DNA from: Octopus sinensis
Lineage: Eukaryota
Reading direction: 5' to 3'
NCBI RefSeq assembly: GCF_006345805.1
Contig: NW_021835592.1
Location: forward strand, 1 to 26,214
DNA: 26,214 nt
A program made the translations under genes and the position numbers. The number at the start of each line of letters is the position of its first letter. Position 1 is the stretch's first letter. Shown here piece by piece: positions 9,366 through 19,487 of this stretch. Under the pieces are notes generated by a model. It worked only from the letters and a program-made list of their open reading frames with translations, ran no database searches and was not told the origin of the DNA.

Positions 9366-9595
9366 AGGCGGCGAGCTGGCAGAAACGTTAGCACGCCAGG
9401 CGAAATGCTTAGCGGTATTTCGTCTGCCGCTGCGTTCTGAGTTCAAATTCCGCTGAGGTCGACTTAGCCTTTCATCCTTTCGGGGGTCGATAAATTAAGT
9501 ACCATTTACGCACTGGGGCCGATTTAATCGACTTAATCCGTTCGTCTGTCCTTGTTTGTCCCCTCTATGTTCAGCCCCTTGTGGGCAATAAATAT
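9366..9595 (+). mobile_element. SINE family A, full-length long-tail variant
   Basis: AGGCGGCGAGCTGGCAGAAACGTTAG (A-box like), GAGTTCAAATTCC (B-box like), central GTCGACTTAGCCTTTCATCCTTTCGGGGGTCGATAAATTAAGTACC (Meta-domain like), tail TCTGTCCTTGTTTGTCCCCTCTATGTTCAGCCCCTTGTGGGCAATAAA. Confidence 0.92.
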
Positions 9596-9726
9596 ACGCA
9601 CGCACACACACATATACACACACAAACACACACACACTCACAATAACATATACAACTAGTAGATCATAGTTATGCGTATGCATGTTTGTATGTATGTATA
9701 TATACACATACATACATTTATATGAA

Positions 9727-9780
<54 letters not shown>

Positions 9781-9920
9781 CATATACATATATAGATATA
9801 TTTAGATATGCATTTCTATGTGCGTATCCATAAGTAAGTGTAGATATTCATACAGCTAGGATATCAATGTATATGCACAAGTATATGTAACTCTTCTATT
9901 TGTATGCTTGGGGACCCGAG

Positions 9921-9952
<32 letters not shown>

Positions 9953-10277
9953 CCATCTTTACTGCCAGGATACCAAAGTCTTTTGTACGAATGTGCGCGC
10001 GCTTGTGTCTGTGTGTGTGTGAATGTGAATGTTTGTACAACACGAGTCCGCAAGCAACCTTAGAACGTGCATTTAACCGTCCCACGAGGAATGCATAGTT
10101 ATATAGTTGTAAGCACACACACAGAAATCATGTGTATATATACAAGTCTCCAGCCTCAACCACCTCCTGTCTAAACGACTTCATACACAGGAATATACAT
10201 ACATGCAGCCGTAGACATTGCTAAAGACGTTTATAATCACAAGATACCGACCATTACATATCACAGATTCATGATAT

Positions 10278-10550
10278 GGTTGTCGTATTGGATGTAGTGC
10301 AAGCTGTAATGTAATAGATACAGGGTGGGTTGTAGTACGATACAGTAGATGCTGCAGCCCGACACACGAAGTACAGACTGTAGTACAATAGATAGAGTTC
10401 GGGCTGTAGTATACAAGATACAATGCGGGTCACAGTACAATGGGTGAGGTACAAACTACAGTACGATGAATGCAGTTTAGGTTGTAGTAGAATAATACAT
10501 TACAATAGATGCAGTGTTGGCTGTGGTAGAATAAAGGGCAAGCTGTGCAG
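10278..10550. repeat. Decayed 26-bp minisatellite
   Basis: Unit starts at 10376, 10402, 10428, 10454 and 10480 (exact 26-bp spacing); approximate consensus GGCTGTAGTACAATAGATACAGTNNN. Confidence 0.7.
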
Positions 10551-10694
10551 TGGTGGCCCCTTGAGGTGCAGCTGGGACAGCTGACGCTGCACTCGTGCAG
10601 CACCCCCCCTCTTTGTTGTGTTGTGGGAGGGTTTAAGGGTCTCACTCTTCCCTCCCCCGCTCTGCTCATTATACCTCATTATTCAACAATACCT

Positions 10695-10735
10695 GTATGT
10701 GTGTATGTGTGTGTATGTATGTGTGTATGTATGCA

Positions 10736-10770
<35 letters not shown>

Positions 10771-11069
10771 GTAAGTATATATATGTATATGTGTGTGTCT
10801 ATATGCATATATATATATATATGTGTGTGTGTATATGTGTATGTATATATATATATATATATATATATGTAAGTATATATATGTATATGTGTGTGTCTAT
10901 ATGCATATATATATATATGTGTGTGTGTGTGTCTGTGTGTCTGTGTATATATATATATAGATATATATAGTTACATATATGCATAGATTCATGCACACAC
11001 ACACACACACCACACACATATATATATGTATATATATATATATATAGTTACATGTATGCATGGGTTCTT

Positions 11070-11120
<51 letters not shown>

Positions 11121-11310
11121 TATGTATGTATATACGTATATACACAAATGTATTTATATGTGTGTATATATACATATATAGACATGTATATATATGTGTG
11201 TGAATTTACATATACATATATAGATATATACACACTCACATTATATATATAAGCATGTATATGCATACATGCGTACATACATATATATATGTATATCTAT
11301 ATATGTAAGT
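10695..11310. repeat. Large compound (TA)n/(TG)n/(CA)n field
   Basis: Direct inspection; includes a 98-bp-period duplication (GTAAGTATATATATGTATATGTGTGTGTCTATATGCAT at 10771 and 10869). Confidence 0.9.
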
Positions 11311-11569
11311 ATGTATAGAAACCCTTCAATCATAAGTGACCACCACATCGAATTATGGCATTACTATGCTAGATTACAATATTTCGCTACTATTGCTAAA
11401 CTAGACTTTTTAATTCGTCTCACAAAACACCTCTCTAGTATGATAACGCTTGATCACATACAAATCTCCGCACCGACATTCCGCCATTACGCACGAACAT
11501 TACTATACGTCACTCCATGTCTTCATTAATCTCCAATAAACATGTTAAACTTTACTACTTGAGCTAGGG

Positions 11570-12490
11570 AAGGAGTTCCATCTCCTACACTCTTCTCCCA
11601 ATATATTATTATTGGTACAGGTGTTCTTACTTCCAGCAATGCCCACCTCTACACCCGATGATACCAGCCTTCCTTTATTCCTTGCCTTCCACACCGAAGG
11701 GGCATTCATATCCAGTCTAGACCCCTTACATCAATCTAGACACCATGGAACACTCTGCAATGAGGACAAGGCAACTGTCGTTTCCTTCGACACCAAAAAC
11801 ACACACAGTTGCTACGTATTATCGAGGAAACGCTATCATACCACAGCCCAACTGAACATAAACGGCGCACAGCTACCGCCCTCAACGCATCTATGACCCT
11901 CAGCGCAACTGGGACCCTCAAGGCTACTACAATGGTTAGACCTCATTACCACTGGAGATTCCTTGTGGCCATTAGACATCCTCAGCATTGCAAAGACAGC
12001 ATCACAAAGATTGGTTCCCCAATTCAGGGCCAAATAATTTACTGTAGATCCACCACTCTTCCCGCTAACAACCATTAACTCCCTTCACAGTCAGGTGAGA
12101 CCGATAATGGAATATTCCACTCAGATTTGAGATGATTTTCTTCTTTTATCACAAAGGTTGCATCTAGATAAGGGCCAGTCGCTTCATTTGTATATAATCG
12201 CTTACTAAGGTCAGGTTTTCAGACAAACACTGTCTCCTGTCTCTGTCTTTTTAAAATTCTACTACAATGGTCTCTGCTCGTCGGAAATGGCTGGGTATAT
12301 GAGTTCTCCCCTCAGTTACTTCTACCCGACTTACATTACCTTTCCCGCTCATCACTTACACCCAGCTCAATCCCTACACTAGCTGCCATATCCAATCCTT
12401 CTTCCCCAGAAATCAGTCTTCTGTGAATCCCCCCCTGCATGTGTTTTCCCTGTGACAATAATAACGTCTACCTCAAATTTAAATTGACAT
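11570..12490 (+). pseudogene. Decayed CR1-group LINE (Zenon/T1-like) reverse transcriptase and ORF2 C-terminus
   Basis: Translated remnants: GVP-(QGSVL missing)-SPTLF; NAHLY-T/P-DDTSL (YADD motif with +1 frameshift); VSFDTKNTHSCYVLSRKR; ILSIAKTASQRL; SQVRPIMEYSTQI*; FYYNGLCSSE; SFFPR...FP; multiple stops and frameshifts. Confidence 0.88.
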
Positions 12491-12645
12491 ACGACTAGAC
12501 GAAGTATTCAATACATGCATTAAGTGTAATTAGTTAGCAGAGAGTTGAGATCGTTTTCTCTTATTAGTTTGAGATTGGCCACAAAAAGAAAGGCACAAAA
12601 ACCGGAAGAATGACAGGTTAATGTGGTAATCTCAAATTTACAATC

Positions 12646-12646
12646 A

Positions 12647-12693
<47 letters not shown>

Positions 12694-12782
12694 GCATCAA
12701 TATCGTTAGTTATCTATCTCCATCCATCCATCCATCCATCCATCATCCATCCATCCATCCATCCATCTATCTATCTATCTAT
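12646..12782. repeat. (AATC)n-(CATC)n-(CTAT)n tetranucleotide compound repeat
   Basis: Direct inspection. Confidence 0.95.
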
Positions 12783-13164
12783 AAGTGCTAGTCGCTTCAA
12801 ATTTAGCAATGTATATAGATGTACATATGTGTGTAGTTATATATGTATCTATCTATCAACACGCATACATCTATATAGAGGGAGGGATATATATATACAT
12901 ATTGTGTAAAATATATACAAGTTGCCTATGTAAGGGGAAAGTTTAAAACTGTGTAGATGGTTGTTTATATCTTATGTATGTGTATGTACCTCTAAGTGTA
13001 TGTATGTGTATGAATGTATCAGCAATGGGTCAATGTGTATATGTATCTCTACGTGTGCATGTGAGCTTGGGTACTTAAGTGGACATTTTCTCAATAGGGG
13101 TGTGTATACGTGTGTATACAGCCTATGTATTCCCGTATGTATACACCCGTAAAAACAACAATAA

Positions 13165-13325
13165 TCCCACCATTTACAACCTATTCAACGACAATGACCA
13201 CCACCACCACCATCAACAACAACAACAACAGTACAAACACCATCCTTCCCAGGACCATCACCGCCGTCATCAACACCGCAAGCCCCACCACTAACGTCAC
13301 TAACAACAATAACAACACCCACGAC
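13165..13325. repeat. Degenerate (CAA)n/(CAC)n triplet field
   Basis: Direct inspection. Confidence 0.8.
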
Positions 13326-13544
13326 AACTGTAACGCTATCTCAAGCATTGTATGGTATTCTATAATAAATATATTGTGAGTAAATGAGGAGAAGGAGGAG
13401 AGAAGAATCAACTGTGGTGTTCTGTAGATTCCCTAAGTGTGTGGAGAGTGTGGTAGACTATTGTGTTGGAGAGATTTCTTTAATTGGCAGCTGACTGCTT
13501 ATCAACACGGGACGGCGGATTGGCCGTTGACGACCTCTCTCTAT

Positions 13545-13705
13545 ATATGAGAGTGTGTGTGCATGCGTGTGCGTGAGAGAGAGACAGAGAAAGAGTGTGT
13601 GTGTGTGTGTGTGTGTGTTTGTACACACACACATATATTTTAATACATGCATACCCATACACATAGACACAAACACACACACGCGTGCGTGTATTTTTGT
13701 ATATA

Positions 13706-13760
<55 letters not shown>

Positions 13761-14319
13761 ACATGCATACCCATACACATAGACACACACGCTAAGACGC
13801 ACGCGCGCACACACACACACACACATGTATATATGTGTACATATATACTAACATGCATATATTCCTACATGCATTCATAAGTGCAAGTATGAAGCGACTA
13901 AATTTCTTGCCGTTGGGTCATTAACTTTGCAATACCTTAAACACCACACATGTGTATGGTATGTGTGTGTGTACGTGTGTTTGAGAATGTGTTTGTGTGT
14001 ATGTGTGTGTGTGTGTTTGAGAATGTGTGTGGTGTGTGTGTGCGATTGTATTTCTTAGGTGTTAAAACGAATGTGCTAGAGGGTATATGTATTTGTGTAT
14101 ATATTTAGCAATGTATATAGATGTACATATGTGTGTAGTTATATATGTATATGTATGTGTGTATGTACGTGTGCACGCATACAGTTTGTATGTGTTTATA
14201 TACTAGATTCCTTTTCTTCGTCTATACGTTTGTGAATGTGTATTTCTATTATGGGTGAGAGTGTGCATATTTGTCTGAATGTGTGTGCATGTGTGCGCGT
14301 GTGTATATGTATGTGTGTG

Positions 14320-14352
<33 letters not shown>

Positions 14353-14520
14353 TTCTGGAAGGCATTGTGTGGTTTCGATAATTCTCTGCAAACACGGCTA
14401 TTGTTACTTGCTGGAGGACGCCAGCACCCTCTTCACACACACACCTTGTCCCAAAGACAAAATACCCACACACAACTGCACACACACACACACACAAACA
14501 TAAATACAACCACATACACA
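13545..14520. repeat. Compound TG/CA/TA microsatellite field with short unique inserts
   Basis: Direct inspection. Confidence 0.85.
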
Positions 14521-15316
14521 TACACACGACCACGTACACCCTCCTTACCACCAATCGTTCTTAGGATGACATGGTCATCACATATTAATATAATATAAAC
14601 GGCTGTCTAAACACCTTGGCTGATCCATTAATTTTTATTAATTGATCCCATTTATACTACCACCTCTACACCTCCATAGACGCCCCCACAACCACCTCAC
14701 ACCTCTCCGTCCCCTCTTGTCCCCTTCACCACTTAAGCCATTAGCTTTCTATTTTGCTGTGCCATCTTCTTAACCCTCCTCCTCAGCCAATCGCACTCAC
14801 ACATACAGACTCACGCGTACGTAGGGAGACATTGACCCATTCTCATACTTACTCGCACGCATGCGCAATCATACAAACTGCCATTCACACAGATGCATAC
14901 ACATAGTCCCAAACAAACACAGAGAGCCATTCACTCACACACTTATACATACCTGCATCAAAATAAAGACATACACACAAACAAACACAGCCTCAAAACA
15001 GTTTTTTTTCCAGTTTGTCTCTAGTTCCACTCCCAGATTGGGCGGTGCCCCGTCTCCGTAAGCAGAGCACAGCCCTTCACGTTGCTTCACTCCACTCATT
15101 TGAGCATGAGCAACGGCAACTGGAGTTAAGCCTTATAACGGGTAATCTTCTAGCCTCGGTCACTTAAAACATCTTAGAAACCAAGTCTGAAATAGCCTCC
15201 TCAGCGCTTAACACGTTCACTGCCTTAAAAGTCTGCATTCAATCACAGTTTTAGTCAAGATTCGCGCAAGTGTCTATATATGTATGCATGTTATGTAAAT
15301 GTGCATGCATATTATG

Positions 15317-15319
<3 letters not shown>

Positions 15320-15390
<71 letters not shown>
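15320..15390. repeat. Pure (TA)n
   Basis: Direct inspection. Confidence 0.97.
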
Positions 15391-15393
<3 letters not shown>

Positions 15394-15510
15394 CTTAATC
15401 AAATCGAAGGGAAATGGAAATTAATAGAAATTTTCCCTTCCAGCAGCCTAGAGTAAAAATTTAGGCCAAAGACTATGTATTAGTCATAAGATACAGTAAT
15501 ACATTTAGAC

Positions 15511-15655
15511 ACATAAGAGGAATCCACTCTTGGGATTCATTACGCTAGAAAGAACAGCTAGGTTCTAAAACTATAAAATATCCCTAATTTTGTGGTTTTA
15601 GAACCTAGCTGTTCTTTCTAGCGTGATGAATCCCATGAGTGGATTCCTCTTATGT
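15511..15655. repeat. Near-perfect inverted repeat, 69-bp arms, 7-nt spacer
   Basis: Left arm 15511-15579 versus reverse complement of right arm 15587-15655: 65/69 identical. Confidence 0.95.
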
Positions 15656-15656
15656 A

Positions 15657-15664
<8 letters not shown>

Positions 15665-15713
<49 letters not shown>

Positions 15714-15739
15714 TATATATATAATATATATATAAATAC

Positions 15740-15811
<72 letters not shown>
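15665..15811. repeat. Interrupted (TA)n
   Basis: Direct inspection. Confidence 0.95.
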
Positions 15812-15814
<3 letters not shown>

Positions 15815-15945
15815 TTGAAATTTATAGAAAACCAAAAGACGAAGACAAGTGTAGAAGCAACAAGCAAGTGTATTAGTTTCACGCTCGGGAAGAATGGAAA
15901 AGTCTTTTACGTTTCGAGTCTACGTTCTTCGACAAAAAGGAATAT
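15812..15945 (-). mobile_element. Tentative Penelope-like terminal repeat fragment abutting (TA)n
   Basis: Reverse complement GTCGAAGAACGTAGACTCGAAACGTAAAAGAC resembles the GAAGA...CGAAACG signature of Penelope terminal repeats and runs into (TA)n; recognition only. Confidence 0.35.
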
Positions 15946-15999
15946 ATGTGCGTATGCATATACATGTATGTGTGTGTGTGCGTGCTATATGTAACATGT

Positions 16000-16260
16000 A
16001 ACCCAGTACATCCTGTCGCATTGTCGGGCCGTCATTGACTAATCCGGCAACTCTACCAAACTTTCTTTGTAAGGAAGGTGGTTTTCGTTGGACACCCAGC
16101 AGGACCAAAAACAAAACTGAAGTCGGGGATCTTGCTTTTGCTTGTTTCTGGACTATTTTCTTTTTTTTGGCAAAAGTCTTAATTCTGTTGCACAAGTTGT
16201 TATGGAGTTCAAATTTTAGCAGAAGGATGGCAGATACGAGTCGTCTACGAGTCCACAGTC
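16000..16260 (+). pseudogene. Possible highly decayed Tx1-like ORF2 C-terminal fragment
   Basis: Frameshifted peptides QYILSHCRAVID*, VFVGHPAGPKTKLKSGILLLLVSGLFSFFWQKS and LWSSNFSRR loosely parallel the His/Cys, LV...W and SSKF..RW motifs of Tx1-like ORF2; weak. Confidence 0.3.
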
Positions 16261-16458
16261 GTCATGTATATGTGTGTTTGTTTATGTACATGTATGTATG
16301 TGTGTGTGTGTTACACCTCTAGCGTTTAAGTTTCCTGTTTCCTTTGTGTTGGGGATAAAGAAGGCTTTCCCCACCCCCACGAGTGAATCAGCAACTCTCT
16401 GTGGTTTTGTCAGTTTCTTATGATACATGTCTGCTGGCACCTCAGAACTTTGGAATAT

Positions 16459-16833
16459 GCTTTTCTATTGCAGGCACATGGCCCGAAATTTTAGGGGAGG
16501 AGACCAGTCGATTTGATCGACACCAGTACACAAATGGTACTTAATTTATCGACCCGAAGGGATGAAAAGTCGACCTCAGAACGTAACGGCTGACGAAATA
16601 CCTATTTCTTTACTACCCACAAGGGGCTAAACATAAAGGGGCCAAACAAGGACAGACAAACGGATTAACTCGATTACATCGACCCCAGTGCGCAACTGGT
16701 ACTTAATCTATCGACCCTGAAAGGATGAAAGGCAAAGTCGACCTCAGCGGAATTTGAACTCAGAACGTAGCGGCAGACGAATACCGTTAAGCATTTCGCC
16801 CGGCGTGCTAACGTTTCTGCCATCTCGCCGCCT
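16459..16833 (-). mobile_element. Composite SINE A dimer: long-tail unit 16603-16833 and short-tail unit 16459-16602, flanked by an 11-bp TSD
   Basis: Junction GACGAAATACC|TATTTCTTTACTACCCACAAGGGG at 16602/16603; CTTTGGAATAT at 16448-16458 and 16832-16842. Confidence 0.92.
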
Positions 16834-17777
16834 TTGGAATATTATTACCAAGTCCGGCTACTTTCCAAATTTTTTTCTACCCTCTTAATTATTTCTCCTC
16901 GAGTTATATCCTCTTTCCATTCTGTCATTCTCTTGATCAGTATTTTCCTTCATTTCTTTACTGTCTATACTCATTCCCAAAATTCTTCTATACCCCTTGC
17001 TGTTGAAGCTACATAGAATTCTGTTATGTATTTTACCAAATTCCCCAACAGAAACATTTGAAGTTCAAAGCAAACAGACTTTTTTGTTGTTATTTTTGTT
17101 CAAAGAATTGATGCAGTTTTTCTTATAACTGGATTTGTTGCGATTTAGTGACGATCCTCTCAAAGACAAAAGAAATAGCAAAGCGTAAGAACTACGAAGA
17201 TATAACTTGAAAAAATTCTTCAAGAGAACTTTAAGCAATAAATAGATAAATAAGTAAAAAAAAAAAATGAAAAACTGTTTGCAGAAGAGCAGAAGAGATT
17301 GCTGCAAATGTTCCCGTGATTGTGACGATCCATTTCACGCAAACACACACGCAATCACAAATAAATACACACACACACACACACAACACACACACACACA
17401 CACACAAAAACAAACACGCACGCACGCACACAGACACACACACGCATCATCACCCCCGAAAATCCCCCTATACCGCTCGGGGCCTTTCTTACACGGTTTC
17501 ACTCACCACTCCGCCCGACCTTATAATCTACAACATCCAACATATTTCATATAAAAACAGGTCTGCCTGTGTGTGTGTGTATGTCTGTGTGTGCGTGTGT
17601 GTGTGTTTGTCTGTCTGTGTGTCTGGCTCTAAGTAAAGTTGTCTGTCAAGATAATATAACAACGGTCAATCATACGTCAACAAGGCAAAGAGTTTTTAAT
17701 TAATGACAAAACGCTAAATATGACAACGGCCTTTTAAAAACGCACCAACATGAAAAGACGCTGACAGCCTTATCTTG

Positions 17778-18104
17778 CCTTCTTGTTGTTGCTGTTGCTG
17801 TTGTTGTTGTTGCTGCTACCGCCGCGACTGCTGCTGCTGCTTTTCTTGTTGCGCTTGTTTCTCTTGTTGGTCGTCTAACATTCGTGCTATTCTTCCTCTT
17901 CTTCTTCTTCTTCTTCTTTTCATCTTGTTACTGTTATCGATGCCGTTGCTTTGTCGTTGTTCTTCTTGTTGCTGTTCTTGCTGTTAATGTTGTCATTGTT
18001 GACGATTGTTTTTTTTATTATGGTTTTTAAATTTTGTTTTATTTTTTCCGTCCTTTAAAGTATTGGCAAGACTGCTGTTGTTGCTGTTACTACTACTACT
18101 ACTA

Positions 18105-18148
<44 letters not shown>

Positions 18149-18203
18149 GACAACAACAATATAGTGGGGTAGGATACCCATCAGTAAATCACAACTCACG
18201 CAT

Positions 18204-18234
<31 letters not shown>
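17778..18234. repeat. Compound triplet repeats (TTG/CTG/CTT), (CTA)n, (CAT)n
   Basis: Direct inspection. Confidence 0.9.
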
Positions 18235-18235
<1 letters not shown>

Positions 18236-18319
18236 AGAACAAAGTACAAGAGTCATGAAACGTGCCGGGCCTTCTCCTATTTTCAAAACCATACCACCAC
18301 CACTACTCCCACCACTATA

Positions 18320-19487
18320 TATACTGGTTTGCACCTCCAAAAATGTATACAAAGTATAACAGCTGATAACTCTTTTTAGATTTAACCCATTTTGGAAAAA
18401 ATGAAGGGAACCAGACCAAGCTTTGCGCAGATTTAGCCTAAAATGATGCTTCTGGAAGTTGATAAACGCAAAGTGTGAAATACATTTTAGGAGGGAATTT
18501 CAAAGACGTCCACCTAGGCACTTAAAGATAAGTTTGAAACAGGAGGAACTGTTCAGAAGGTATACACGAAACACTCTGTAAAACCGCCAGCATCGATCAG
18601 ATCCACAAAGCAAGAAAGTGTGATAGAAACGTTTTCCCTGAGTTCAAGAAATTCTGTGCAGCAAGCGAGTCATAAGATATGAGTTTCAAAATCAAGCGTC
18701 CATTGCATTTTAATGTGTTTTCATTAGAAAAGTTAGATTCCACGAACTGTGCATGCTTTCAATGAAGATGGTCCGATGTGGAGAAGATGCACATTTTCCA
18801 ACAAAGATTACTTGGAGTGACGATTCTATATTTAAAGTAAATGGCTCAATGAAGAGGAACAATTGTCCCTTCTTGGAGATGAGAATAATTTTGTAGAAGA
18901 ATTTCCTGTTAACTGGCAAGGTATTACAGTAGGATGCGGTTTATGATCAAAATGATTGATTAGACGATGTTTTTCTTTGACGGTGCTGAGACTGCTTCCA
19001 TTTACTTGAACATCCTGAGGCAATCTGTGATGCTAAGGGAATTTGAAGATGTGGAGTTTTATTTCCATCAAGTTAGGGACACACACACACATACTACCGT
19101 AATAATGTTAGGGTCCGCTTTAAAGACATTCCGCCGAACCGGTAAATTGGACAAAATAGCTCTGTAGAATACCCTCTGCGTTCACCGGATCTCACACCAC
19201 TAGACGTTTTTGTGGTTGTACTTAAAGGATGGAGTTTACGGTCAACGAACTGCGAGGAACGGGGTGGGCATTGAAAAAGGATTCGCAGAAATGACGAAAG
19301 AAATGTATTTTGATGTTTGCGATTCTATTGCTTCATGTTATGAGTAGTTTGGAAACAGCGATCATGAATTAAAGTTAAATTCTGTCTGTAACTCCGTAAA
19401 ATTTTGAAAATGAAATATATTTTGATAAAGTCTGACTTTATAATCATTCAAAGTATATAAAATGCCATTTTGGAGGTAACCTTATAT
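18320..19487 (+). mobile_element. Decayed Tc1/mariner DNA transposon, maT (DD37D)-like, about 1.17 kb
   Basis: Degenerate TIRs sharing ACCTCCAAAA (left 18333-18342; right TTTTGGAGGT 19468-19477), TA-rich flanks, internal transposase relic. Confidence 0.85.
18401..19370 (+). pseudogene. maT/mariner-type transposase pseudogene
   Basis: Remnants KFETGGTV, SKSSVHCIL, IPRTVHAFNED, ITWSDDSIFKVNGSMKRNNC (first D), EFYFHQ (second D region disrupted), EYPLRSPDLTPLDVF (third D); many stops and frameshifts. Confidence 0.88.

Noticed and set aside
11612-12078. ORFs of 94, 89, 79 and 61 aa as host genes
   Set aside because: They are pieces or antisense reads of the frameshifted CR1 RT relic
13079-13411. 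Poly-His/Gln/Thr ORFs suggesting a transcription-factor exon
   Set aside because: All frames simply read a degenerate CAA/CAC repeat; no convincing splice sites or domain
15208-15228. TTAA-CACGTTCACTGCC-TTAA, piggyBac-like terminus between two TTAA
   Set aside because: Only 13 bp, with no partner TIR found; cannot be separated from chance
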